64,000 nt of DNA from positions 1,240,001-1,304,000 of the forward strand of contig NW_026867509.1 in the NCBI RefSeq assembly GCF_020745735.1. Reading direction: 5' to 3'. This document shows positions 37,370 to 49,625 of the stretch, in pieces. How positions within the stretch are numbered: position 1 is the first letter of the stretch; every line of letters starts with the position of its first letter. The translations under genes and the position numbers were made by a program. Under the pieces are notes generated by a model, which ran no database searches, had not been told where the DNA came from, and saw only the letters and a program-made list of their open reading frames with translations. The stretch comes from Hemiscyllium ocellatum. Its lineage: Eukaryota.

Positions 37370-39650
37370 GAATGGTACCAGATAATGAGCTCGGCCATGT
37401 AATAGATTTGGAGTTAGGTGCGTACTTTGGTGATAGTAACCACAATTTCATTATGTTTACTCTTGTGATGGAAAGGGATAGACGTATACTGCAGAGCAAG
37501 AGTTGAGCTGGGGAAAGGTAATTAAGATGCGATTAGGCAAGGTTCAGTAGGAATAGGATCGGGAAGGAAACTACAGTGAATGGACACAGTTGAAATTTGG
37601 AGTCGTTCAAGGAACTGGAACTTCATGTCCTCGATAAGCATGTATCTATCAGGCAGGGAGGAAGTGGTCCATCAAGGTCGCCATGATTTACTAAAGACGC
37701 TGAATCTCTTGTCAAGACAAAGCAAGCTTTTGTTAGGATTGGACGTGAAGGCTCAGTTAGAGCGCCCGAGTGTTACAGGTTAGTCAGGAATAACCCAAAG
37801 AGAGAACGAAGATGCGCTTGGTGGTGACATCTGAATTCGTTGGCAGATATGATCAATGAAAACCGTAAAACATCGAATGGTTTATCAGGAATGGAAGGAG
37901 GACAAGAGTAATATTAGGGCCAATCAAGGCTGGGAGAGGGGCGTTTTGCATGGGGTCCAAAGAGGTAGGGGAAGCGCTAAATGGATATTTTTCGTCAGTA
38001 TTCACGTTGGAAAACGACAACGTTGTCGAGTCGAATACTGAAATACAGACTACTAGACTAAATGGGATTGAAGATCAGAAAGAGGAGGTGTTAGCAATTC
38101 TGGAGAGGTCAAAAATAAATAAATTCCCTGGGCCAGATGGGATTTATCCCAGGATTCCCTGGATGGATATTTCAGAGCCTTTGGCTTTGGCCTTTAGGTT
38201 CTTATTATTTGCAGGAGTCGTGGCAGAAGACTGCAGGATAGCAAGTGTTGTCCCCTTGTTAAAGAATGAGAGAAGAGATAATTATAGACCAATGACCCCT
38301 CTTTATATTGTTGGTAAATTATTGGAATGGATTATAAAATATATCTTTACAGTCATCTTGAAAGGAAGAAGTTGCTAAGAGATAATCAACCCCGTCTTGA
38401 GAAGGATAGAACTTGACTCACAAAGCTTATTGAGTTCTTTGAGAAGGTGACCGAATAGGTGGATGAGAATAAAGTGCTTGATGTGTGGTATGTCAATTTC
38501 AGTAAGGCGTTTGATAAGGTTCCACGCGGTTGGCTCTTGCACAAAATCCGGAGGAATGGGATTCAGGTTCATTTAGCCGTTTGGTCAGAAATTGGCTAGC
38601 TGAAAGAAGACAGAGGGAGTTGATCGATGGGAAATGGTCATCTGGAGTACGGTTAACAGTCATGCAATGGAACTATTTGTCCTGGCCAACTGCTGTTTGT
38701 CAGTTTTAAAAATGACCTGGATGAGTGCATAGAAATATGTGTTAGTAAATTTGCAGATGACACGAACGTCGATGGGGTTGTGGATAGTGTTGAAGGATGT
38801 TGAAGGGTACAAAGAGACATAGATAAGCGGCAGAGCTGGACTGAGAGGTGGCTAATTGTGTTTAATGTGGAAAAGTGAGAATTGATTTATTTTAGAAGGA
38901 TCAACAGTCATAATGAGAACTGTGCTCACAGAAAGATAATTGGTAGTGTAGATGAGCAGAGAGATCTCGGTGTCTATGTGCATAGAACCCTGAAAGTTAC
39001 CACCAAAGTTGATAGGGTTGTTACAATATATGGTGTGGTGCTTTCATTGGCAGAGGGATTGAGCGTTCGAGTCATGAGGTCTTGCAGCAGCTGTGCAAAA
39101 CCCTGATGCGGCTGCACTTGGAGCATTGCGGATGATTCTGGTCACCACAGTTTCGGAAGGATGTGGATGCTTTAGAAGGGGTTCAGAGGAGATTAACTGA
39201 GATGTTGCCTGATATGGAGAAAAAGGCTGATTATAAAAGGCTGAGGGACTTGAGGTTCTTCTCCTTAAAGTGAAAAAGTTTGAGCGGTTATATAATCGAG
39301 TCCAAATCTGCGGGTGCAATACCGTGCACGATGAGAGCCTCTTTCCTCAGATGATGATGGCTACGACGGGGAACAGCTTTAAGTTGAGTGTTGGTAGGTA
39401 TAGGGAGATGTCGGAGGTAATTTCTTTATCCAGTGAGTAGTATTGTTGTAGAAAACTCTACCTGCAACGGTGATAGACTCGCCAAATTTAGGGGCATTCA
39501 AATAGCCATGGATAAACCTATGGATGAAAATGGAATAGCATATGTTAGGTGGGTTTCAGATAGTTTCCACAGCTTGGCTCAACATCGAGGGCCGAAGGGA
39601 CTGTACTGTGCTGCAACGATCTCTATTCTATGTTCTATGAAATATCCTTG
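37370..39650 (+). mobile_element. Decayed CR1 LINE (APE end to 3' tail)
   Basis: Collinear degenerate homology with 33700-35950. Confidence 0.9.
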
Positions 39651-39717
39651 AAACAACCTTCAAGAACTTATTCAAGGTCTGGGTATATAACTTATAGGTT
39701 AGCGAGTTTTGAGCATA

Positions 39718-39990
39718 TTTCTAGCTCAGGTTGAGGTTTGGATGTAGGATTGCTCCTAAGTTGGAACGTTCATTTCCAGACGTTTCGTCACCCTACTAGG
39801 TAAAATCTACAGTGGGTCTCAGACGAAGCACTGCTGATAAGTCCTGCATTTAGTTATTATATTTGGGTTTCTTTGGTTGGTGATGTCATTTCCTGCGGTG
39901 TTGTCATTTCCAGTGCTGATGTCACGTCCTGTTCTTTTTTCTAAGGGGGTGTTAGATGGGCATCTAACTCGATGTGTTTGGTGATAGATC
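39718..39990 (-). mobile_element. Penelope-type terminal repeat, second family
   Basis: Reverse-complement similarity to 49430-49625; degenerate hammerhead at ~39775-39815. Confidence 0.65.
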
Positions 39991-40237
39991 CCATAATACA
40001 TCGAGATGGAACTCACCTACCATTCCCTGAGAAAAAGAACAGGAAGTGACTTCACCTCAGGACATGGCATCACAACATTATCTCCATCTGAGGCAGCTGA
40101 ATAATCATCTGCACAAATAACATTTCATGCATGTAAATGATTGAAACAACTAATTAAGTCCCAAGAGCAAGATAGCAGCAATAAATACGCTTACATCTTC
40201 AATGAATTGTGGCGTGCACTCAGGAACTCTGAGAAAG

Positions 40238-43200
40238 ATGCACGGAATACCGAGAGGTGTGATCTTTGCAATTTACTATCCTGCCATTGCAATAATTGGG
40301 GTTCCAGGTAAAGTTTTGATTTCTCGTCAGTGACAGTGAAAGGATGATGCTATCTTTCTAAGTGAGGACAGTGCATAGCTTTGAGGTTAACATCAGGTGC
40401 TGGAATGTCCATGCATCTCTTTCCCCTTTGCCTCCTGATGGCTGTATTTGTGGGTTTGGAAGGTGTTATCCAAGGACTGCTGGTGAATTTCTGCAATGCC
40501 ATGTTTCGATGGTGCGAACTTTTGTCCATGAATTTCGACGGACTGTTTTCTCGAGGATATGATATTAAGAAAGCAATATGGTTCTTTCTGGGTGGTTTTG
40601 ACGTTAGATGTTTTTGTCAGATTTGTACTCATCCATTCTTGTGGTGAGTATCTTATCACATGCACGAATTAAGTATACGAGAAAGTGGACAACTTTTGGG
40701 GATCCGGCGGTGAATTACTCGCTGCAGTATTCTCAGTTGCTGATTAGCATTTGTAGCCATAGGCTTTATATGGTGAATTCAATTAATTTTCTGAAGGATG
40801 GTATTCGCGATAAAATTGATATTGCTGAATTTTAATGCCACGCAACATTCATCAGCAAGAGTTAAAGCTTCTGTTGATCGAGTTAGTCATTGTCTACCAG
40901 GCTTGTGAGGTGCGAATGCTGTTTGTGTTAGATTGAAACCAAAATATGCTTATTTGGTCTGCTTGAGCACGTGGTAAATTGCCAATTGAAAGGTAATGAG
41001 TAATTATAAGCAATTGTAACAATTCACACATTTCGATGAAGGGAATGCCATTTCTAAAGCCGCTAAACATGTTTGAACTCAGGATAATACGCAGACAAAC
41101 ATCTGTAGATAATTCCAGAGATCATGTGAATATCTTTTATCTTCCTTTGTGCGAATATGATTCCAACCAGGGTTGAGTTTTTTCTCAATGCATATTGATG
41201 CAAATGTGGCACAGTTCCACGCGGAAACATTTCGACCATTAAAAATTTAATGACAAGGGCCGTCATTCGCACCTCAACACTAGATCTTATTTTTTAACCA
41301 AGTGCTAAATAAGGCCAGGAGCTGGCTTGGGCCTGATGTAAATCAAACTGGGCATCAGAAGGATGGTTGGAACTAACAGATTCATTTTAATTGTGCTGTT
41401 GGTCACATTTTCTATAACTTATTGAGTGATTGAGACGAGATGGAGAAATTGTTCAGTTTGGATTTGTACTGCTTGTTGCGTACAGAACAGACCTGGGCAG
41501 CTTTCCTCATTCCGGGTTGCATGCCAGTGCTGTATTTCTGTTGGAATATCTTATCTTGTGGTGGCATTTTCTGGAATACAAATGTCCACGGGTATTGGAA
41601 TTTTGGCAGTCTCTGGTATCTTCTGTGGTTTCTGAAATCTCATTGACCAAATAGAATTCTGGGAACGTTCTAACTCGTCCTGCTTAAATCTGATCTATTG
41701 GTTGCGGGATCAATTATCTCTATCTGTCACTTCCTGCCTGTTTGGCACGTAGGTAGTTCCTTATTTGATTTTCAACTCCACAAGGACTGCCCTATGGTGT
41801 GCAAAACAGCAAAATGTCCTCTTCGACTGTTACCACTTGTTTGTTTTACCAAGTTACTGGCATTTTGATGTTCAACATTACATATCTTTATTAATTTTGC
41901 AGTTCTCTATATTTATAATGAAATGTCTTAGATTTGTCAATGCAATTTTGTTCATATACCATCATTGTTCCATTACATTTTTCACTCATGTTAACCCTTC
42001 ACGCCTGTAATGTTTTGCTAAAGCACGAAACATTTGATTTGAATTAGTTATGTATTTCTGCCAAGTTATGTCACCATCGCATTGCATCATTGTAGCACAA
42101 TGTCTTATTGACATTGCTAAAACTCGTTTAATTGTTAGACTAGCATTATATTGTGATAATACAGCCAGAGAATAGTTCAATGATGTTTCTCTCAAGTGGA
42201 CTGCGCGCAAATTAACAAAAAATATAATGGCAAAATTGTACTCTTATTGTGCATCAATAATGCACATATGTTAAATTGCCAAGCACCCATCATTTTGTTA
42301 ATGACTTTCTAATAAGTCACTCACTCTGATAACCGGCTTGTATTTTCAAATTTTGATCGCTGTGTATATGTAGAATTATTGTGAGAGTCGGCAGTGGAAT
42401 AACACTCAAAACATATTCAGGTATTGAAAAACTTCAGTCACTGATCAAACATGACTGATTATATTTGATTCATTTATTAAACTCTGAGTTTACTGTTAAC
42501 CACAGGTAATATTAAACACTGAGTTTTCGAAAATGCATCAGCATTTCTCAGCTGACAAAGAATGGATGCTTGCAGTATTTCCAAGTTGATAAGGCACAGT
42601 GTATTTTTCCCCTCTTTTCAATCACTCTATCTCCATTTCCACATCGACTGTTACTGATTCTTCAAAAATATGTCTGATTATCACCAGATATGCTGTTTCA
42701 AAAACTTGTTTATCCCATATCTACAACTCCTCCCATACCTACTATATCCTGTATCTTGCTGTTGTTACCAGAACAGCACACAGTACTCCAGCTATGACCC
42801 AACCAAAATTCAGGACAATGCCCTTATAATCTATGCCATGAGTAATAAAGTTCGATCTGTTCAGCACCTTTTTCTTCTAAATATATAATTTAGGGTAAGA
42901 CAGATCATTTGCCCAATGTCGCACTGAACCATGAAGGAGTTATTGCATTGGAGAAATGCATCCTCCAAATGTAACAACTCCATACGTTAATTCCAATAGT
43001 GTTGCAAAGCACCAAACAGTCTCGTTGATTACTAGTTGCTGATGTCGCATTTGCCACTGAGTTCCTTCCATGAAGTTGGAGAAAGACGATATTTCTCTCT
43101 TCTACGTCTCTCTTTGGGGATTTTGTTTTTCAGAAAAATGCAATTTGAAGCATTTCCATCTTCAGTCAGGGATACTGAGTTAGGGATAGGGATATCCATA

Positions 43201-44992
43201 ATCTGCTCCGACTGAGTTTTCTAAAATCACACAATAACCTTCTGGAAATTGAATTAAAGGAAGTTGTTCTTCTTGCCCTTTGTAAGCCTTTCTTCTCAAT
43301 TTAAGAAAACTCCCCCACCTTAATGATTTCTAAATTATTAAATGTTCTTTTGTTGTTCGGAATGTGTATCCAATTTTCTTTAGTAATTGTTTGAGCAATC
43401 CAGTTCTCTAGCAAAGTTATCTTCTTAATGCAGGTAATTATGATGAAGACTACTTTGCATAATCATTCAACAGTTGAAAATGTGTTGCTGGAAAAGCGCA
43501 GCAGGTCAGGCAGCATCCAAGGAACAGTAGAATCGACGTCAGGGGCATAAGCCCTTCTTCAGGAAAGGGCTAATGCCCGAAACGTCCGAAACGTCGATTC
43601 TCCTGTTCCTTGGATGCTGCCTGACCTGCTGGGCTTTTCCAGCAACATATTTTCAGCTCTGATCTCCAGCATCTGCAGACCTCACTTTCTTCTCGATAAT
43701 CATTCAACAACCTTTCTTTTACGAAGTCACAATTTACATCGAACAATGGTGCATTATATCTTTAAATCTAAAGGTGTTATGTTCAACGATATGCAAGTCA
43801 GGTGGGTTGACCACTCTCAATTACTCACAGTGTTGGTTAGGTGCATTAGCTTTGGGTAATACATGATTACAAGGAGAGGATACAAGAATGGTACTGGGTC
43901 AGGTGTTCTTTGGTGTTTCATTCTGGACCCATTGGGCCTGATGTCTGTTTGTAAGCTGTAGGGGTGCTTGATTTTAGTTTGATGTGTATAAATATGAAAC
44001 AAAATCCAGCAAAATTAAACGACTCTGTTCAGAATCACACCAGTATCATTTTAATCTTGTGATGTTCTCTGTCTATTACAGCTAACTTGGCAGTGATTGT
44101 GATCCTGTCTCGAAAAGGATGTGGTCTGTCCCGTTGCATAATATATTACCTGGTGTCCATGGCAGTAACCGATCTCCTCGTCATGATCACTGCAGTAATA
44201 TTAAACCGGATTGCTGGACTTTATTTCCCACTTAGTGTCCTGTCTATCACACCAGTGTGCAGTTTTCGCTCTGCCTTAAATTTTGCTGCCATTGACAGTT
44301 CTGCCTGGTTTACTGTTGCCTTCACATTTGATCGGTTTATAGCCATTTCTTGCCAGAAGTTGAAAGCAATTTATTGCACCGAAAAGGTGGCAGCAAGAGT
44401 CATAATAATCATCTCTACACTGACCTGTGTAAAAAATATCTTTATGTATTTTATGTTCGAACCTAAGTACATAATTGACAATATTCCCTGGTTTTGTGCC
44501 ATAAAAGAAATATATTATACATCACCTGCATGGACTGCATATGATTGGATTCGTTCTATTTTAACGCCTTTCCTTCCATTCATGTTCATTTTGCTCCTCA
44601 ACGCCCTTACTGTCAGGCACATCATAATAGCAAACAGAGCTCGCAAAAGACTCCGAGTTCAAGGCAATGAACAAAGTCAATGTGACCCAGAGATGAAAAA
44701 GCGAAGAAAGTCCATGGTATTACTCTTTGCCATTTCAGGCAGTTTTATCCTTTTATACTCGTTGTATTTTTCAACCATCCTCTATGTCCGAATTTCACAT
44801 GTAACGTACTCCTCTGGTTCTGATTTTATTAATTCCACGTTTATTCTTCAAGAAACTGGAATGATGCTTCAGTTATTCAGTTCATGCATCAATCCGTTCA
44901 TTTATACAGGAACGCAGGCTAAATTCAGAGCTGAGTTAAAGGATGGTCTGAAATATACAATCTATCCATTTGTTAAAAAATTTCAGCAGTGA
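40238..44992 (+). CDS. Intact two-exon class A GPCR, GPR139/142-like (exon 1 40238-40307, exon 2 44082-44992; 326 aa, or 338 aa from the in-frame ATG at 40202)
   Basis: Exon 1 MHGIPRGVIFAIYYPAIAIIGVP+G with GTAAAG donor splices in phase 1 to the TTACAG acceptor, giving ANLAVIVILSR. Seven hydrophobic helices, TM2 AVTD, TM3 FDRF, ECL2 PWFC, TM7 NPFIY; no stops. Confidence 0.92.
43473..43695. mobile_element. Head-to-head Penelope 3'-repeat insertion forming an inverted repeat, with 14-bp TSD
   Basis: Arms ~43473-43563 and ~43565-43660 are reverse complements; ATAATCATTCAACA at 43459-43472 and 43696-43709. Confidence 0.9.
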
Positions 44993-45869
44993 AAGGGCGA
45001 AAATACAATATGCAATAAATTTTGTTCCAACATTCCCTTTTCTTGTCTGTGTCAGAAGAAAATACTGTTGACCAGGTGTTCTCGGATTCAAATTTTAGCA
45101 CGTGAATGAAATTCTTATTTTAATGATTCTGTGATGGGGCGTTTGTGGTTTGGTCTGCTTTTGTTACTCGTGCTGGCATTGAAAATGTTATAGAGAACTA
45201 TCTTTCTGAATCTTTGCACTCTTTGCACAGTAGCTGCACGCGCTTTTTTTAGAGAGCGGTTTTGACTCAGCGACAATGAAGGAACACTGACCTACTTCTA
45301 AGTTCAGATAATGTATACTTTGGAAATCAAATTACATGTGGGACTACTGCTAAGTACATGCAGGTTTTGCTCTTCCATTTTGTAAGATCGAACGTTGCAC
45401 TCATTGCAGTTTTAATTATTGGTTGCAGTGCATCTTCAGGATATGTGCAATGATACTACTGTGTGTGCACCCAGTGAATTAAGTGAATATTGTGAATGTG
45501 TGTCCTGGTTGGAAGGTAACACAATAGGAAGAAGAGCAGACAATTCCACCATTGAGCCTGCCTGTCATTCATGATTATCATACTAAAGCGATGCCTTTAA
45601 TGAGCCAATTCCTCAATGCCATACATCACTGGTAATCAGAAATCGATCAGCATCAACATTGAACGTATTCAAACAGGAAGATGCGTCGTTCATCTCTGGT
45701 GCAATATTGCAAACTTTCAGAATCTTCTGAGTAAATTTTAATTCCCCTTCGATTCAAATTCTGCCACCTGGTTATAGATTCCAAAACCACAACATAAATA
45801 CATCAACTTTGTCCATTCCTTTAAATGAGATCTTGATGACTTTTCACTTTTCGAAACTGTAAAGAATAC

Positions 45870-47250
45870 GGGCCCAGATTTCACACTCACCCTTCAAAGT
45901 ACAGTTAGACATTTCCAGCAGCAAATTTGCTGAATGTTCCTTTTAAGTCCTCTATCGCAATAATATCTTTCTTAAGATCAGGAGACCAAAATTACGTATG
46001 GTATTCCTAATGCAGTTCAATCAAACTCGTGGACAATTGAAGCTAGAGTTCGTTATTTCTGCACTCAAATTATCTTGCACTCGAGGCTGAAATTCAACGA
46101 GACATCGTAATGGCATGCTGTGAATATAATATCCTCAAACGTCTAAGGGAAATAGGAGCAGGAGTCGGCTAATCGGCCCATGCAGTCTCGTCTGCCATTT
46201 ATTTTGATCACGTCTTATCATTCAATTCATCAGCCTATCCCTGTTTTATTCTCATGTTCTTTGGATATTTTCACCTTAAATGTGGTTTCCAACTCCTTCT
46301 TGAAATCATGCACCTTTTTGTACTTGACTACTTTCTGTGATAACAAATTCAATTTCTTGTGTGAAGACGTTTCTCCTTTTGTTAGTTCAGTTTGCCTGCA
46401 TTAAATGTTCTAAAGTCTTGCTGGTTTTTCGCTCAATAATGGTCTCTAACATTTCCCAATTTGCGAATGTTGACTTAAGGCCATGAGGAGTTTCAAACTC
46501 TCTGCTCTCTCTCGTCAGAAAAAAATCACTAAACTGCTACAGGTACTGTGTGCCAGAAACAATAACAGAAAATGCCGGATTTCTCAGTTGCTCGTAGAAT
46601 TATGGAGATGCACAGCGCAGAAACAGACCCTTAAGACCAATTTTCCACACCAACCAGATAACCTGAAGCCACCTCGCCCCATTTTTCAGCGCTTGTCCCA
46701 CATCTTTCTCAACTCTGTCTATTCATACACCCATCCAGATGCCTTTTAAAAGCAGTAATCGTACCATCCTACACCACTTCCTCTGGCACCTTATTCGATA
46801 CATGCACCACCTTCTGCGTGAAAACGTTGCCTGTTCGGTCCCTTTTAAATCTTCCCTTTTCAATCGAAACACATGCCGTCACTTTCTGGACTCACCCACT
46901 ACAGGGAAATGTCCTTGTCTATTTCCCTATTCATGTCTTTCATAATTTTATAAACTTATGTCAGTATACCCCTCAGACTTCGACTCTCCACAGGAAACAA
47001 TCCCAGCCTGTTCAGCCTTCGTCTTTCGCTCAAATGTTCCATTCCTGGAAAAATCTTCGTAAAAGGTTTCTGACCCCTCACAAGTTTCATAACATTCCAC
47101 CAATGGGAGGAGATCACAATTGCACAAAATATTTCACAAGCTGTCGAACTAATGTTCTGTACCCCCGCAACATGACCTCTGAACTCCTATATTCAATTTT
47201 CTGACCATCAAAAGAAAATACACTAAACACCTTTTTTACTGACCTATCTA
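45870..47250 (-). mobile_element. Several decayed CR1/L2 3' fragments
   Basis: Minus-strand LINE RT C-terminal and tail remnants (e.g. ~46600-47200). Confidence 0.65.
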
Positions 47251-48336
47251 CCTACTACTCCACATTCATGGAACTATGAATTTGCACTATAAGATCTCTT
47301 AATTCAGAAACACTCTCCAAGATCTTACCATTAAGTGTATACATCCTGCATTGATTTGCCTTTTCAAAATGAAATGTTTCATTTTCAACCTCAAATCAAA
47401 TAATTTCCCAGATTTTAAATGATTAAATTACTCGAGTGAACACAAGTTGCATACACTCCGAAAAGTTCTGTAAACAATGAGAGATTCCTTGTTTCCTACT
47501 GCACCAGAAATTGTGATTCTACATTCGTGAATTCAAGATTTTCAATAGCGGACTGGAAACATCAATTCTGTTTAACTCTCCGGAGAGGGGTGTATACCTA
47601 GTGAGTTTCACCAGCATTCTCTTTCCTTGCTTTTGTTTTAACGTTTAAACCACACATTGCATCGTTGTAATGGCGACTTCTAGATGAGGTCAGCGAATAT
47701 ACCAGGAGGTTGTCATTTCAAAAGAACAATTCAAACATCGAGCTCCGCATAGGAGAAATGTGGGAAACGTCACGTTTAAAGCATACGTTTTCTGACACCC
47801 TCACAAATTTCATAACATTCCACCAATGGGAGGAGATAACAATTGCACAAAATATATCAGAAGTGATCGAAATAATGTCCTGTACCCCCGCAACATGACC
47901 TCTCAACTCCTATATTCAATGTTCTGACCAGCAAAAGAAAATATACTAAACACTTTTTTTTACGGACCTATCTACCTAAGACTCCACATTCACGGAACTA
48001 TGAATCTGCACTCCAAGATCCCTAAATTCAGCAACACTCTCTAAGATCTAATCATTAAGTGTATACATCCTGCACTGATTTGCCTTTTCCAAATGAAATG
48101 TTTCATTTTCAACCTCAAATCAAATAATTTCCCAGATTTTCTCGTCAGTTTTGTTTTTATTTAAACGATTAAGTTACTCGAGTGAACACAAGTTGCATGC
48201 ATTCCGAAAAGTTCTGTAAACAATGAGAGATTCCTTGTTTCCTACTGATCCAGAAATTGTGATTCTACATTCGTGAAATCAAGATTTTCGAATTTCTGAA
48301 TTCTATTGGAAACGTCAATTCTGTTTAACTCTCCGG

Positions 48337-48426
48337 AGCTCGTTGGTCTAGCGGTATGATTCTCGCTTCGGGCCTCCTGAGACGTGGGCGTGTGAGAGAT
48401 CCCGGGTTCAAATCACGGACAAGCCC
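48337..48426 (+). pseudogene. tRNA-Pro(CGG)-derived copy 1 with 18-nt insert after position 37
   Basis: 72-nt tRNA-Pro body plus CCTCCTGAGACGTGGGCG after TTCGGG; G1>A and acceptor- and T-stem mismatches. Confidence 0.8.
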
Positions 48427-48445
48427 TAGCTTCTTACATTAATGT

Positions 48446-48535
48446 GGCTCGTTGGTATAGCGGTATGATTTTCGCTTCGGGCCTCCTGATGCGTGGGCGT
48501 GTGAGAGATCCCGGGTTCAAATCGCGGACAAGCCC
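48446..48535 (+). tRNA. tRNA-Pro(CGG) copy 2 with 18-nt insert at the intron position (probably a pseudogene)
   Basis: GGCTCGTTGGTATAGCGGTATGATTTTCGCTTCGGG-[CCTCCTGATGCGTGGGCG]-TGTGAGAGATCCCGGGTTCAAATCGCGGACAAGCCC; C5:A68 and T-stem mismatches; no TTTT terminator. Confidence 0.65.
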
Positions 48536-49429
48536 TAGTTTCTTACATTACCCAACCAGGAGAAGGGGATATATCTAGTGAGTTTCACCAGCATTCTCTT
48601 TTTTTGCTTTTGTTTTAATGTTTGAACCACAGATCCCATAGTTGTAATTGTGACTTCTGGAGGAGGTCAGCGAATATACCAGGACGTTTTCATTTCAATG
48701 GAACAAGTCAAACATTGAGCTCCACATAGGAGAAATTTGAGAAACGTCACATTTAAAGCGAACGTTTGGACGACAACATTCTGGAAATCAATGTCAACCC
48801 GACAAACAGAGAAAAGCCGACCAGATATCTGAAAGTCTAAATTCAAATCTATGCAAATAAAATGCTGGAAATGCACATATGGTCTGCGCATGTCTGCAGG
48901 GAGAGAAATATAGTCATTTGGAAGAGTTTGCATCCGATTTCACTTCAAACGGCAGGAACTGGCGGTGAAGCATTTTGAATTCAGATTGTGGTGAAAGGCA
49001 TTAGATAAATACAAAGGCATTTTCCTTTCTCGAGCCTGCACCTTGATTACGTACTTCTCTGTACACAGAAATGGATTCTTCCCATCTACTTTTTTCTCTC
49101 TCACACTACTTAATTACAGATCCCCTCAGTTTCTTCTTTTCTGGTCAATTGCAGGATGACAGGCAACGTTCGGGCGATGGTATGGACAGGACGAGCCGAA
49201 AAGAATCCTTGCCTGCATAAACATTGCCGAATTCGCAGCAATGTTGTTGTCATGGCCAATAGTTGCGGGTAATGGCAATGTTAAAAGAAAACACGGCTTC
49301 CTGCTCAGGTTTGAACGCTTCTGACTCCGTTTCCAAGAGTTATGGTTTTTACATGGATTAGTGCTGGTAAAATGACCACTGAAAACAAAACCGAAAATCC
49401 CTTTGAACGCACCCACGTTTTCTCAGAAA

Positions 49430-49625
49430 ACGAACAAGAAATGACATCACCAAAACCCCCAGGAACCCCATCCAGGACAACCATATAAATAGAAAGCAGG
49501 AGACAACAGCTTCGCTTCACTTGGAGGTCGCCACTGACGATGCTACCTAGCCAGGTAATGAAACGTCTGGATATCAAACCAACAGCTCAGCGAGCAAACC
49601 TACACCCTAAACCTCAACCTATGCT
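49430..49625 (+). mobile_element. Penelope-type terminal repeat with hammerhead motif (49531-49570)
   Basis: CCA-CTGACGA-T-GCTACCT-AGCC-AGGTAAT-GAAAC-GTC-TGG. Confidence 0.7.

Larger units (their letters stand above)
47068..48767. repeat. Local tandem duplication (A ~47068-47790, B ~47791-48767)
   Basis: Collinear near-identity (cataacattccaccaatgggaggag...aaacgtcac); copy B additionally contains the tRNA-Pro pair. Confidence 0.9.

Noticed and set aside
41426-41654. Three overlapping short Cys/hydrophobic ORFs in the GPCR intron
   Set aside because: T/G-rich sequence lacking stops; no convincing splice sites or motif.
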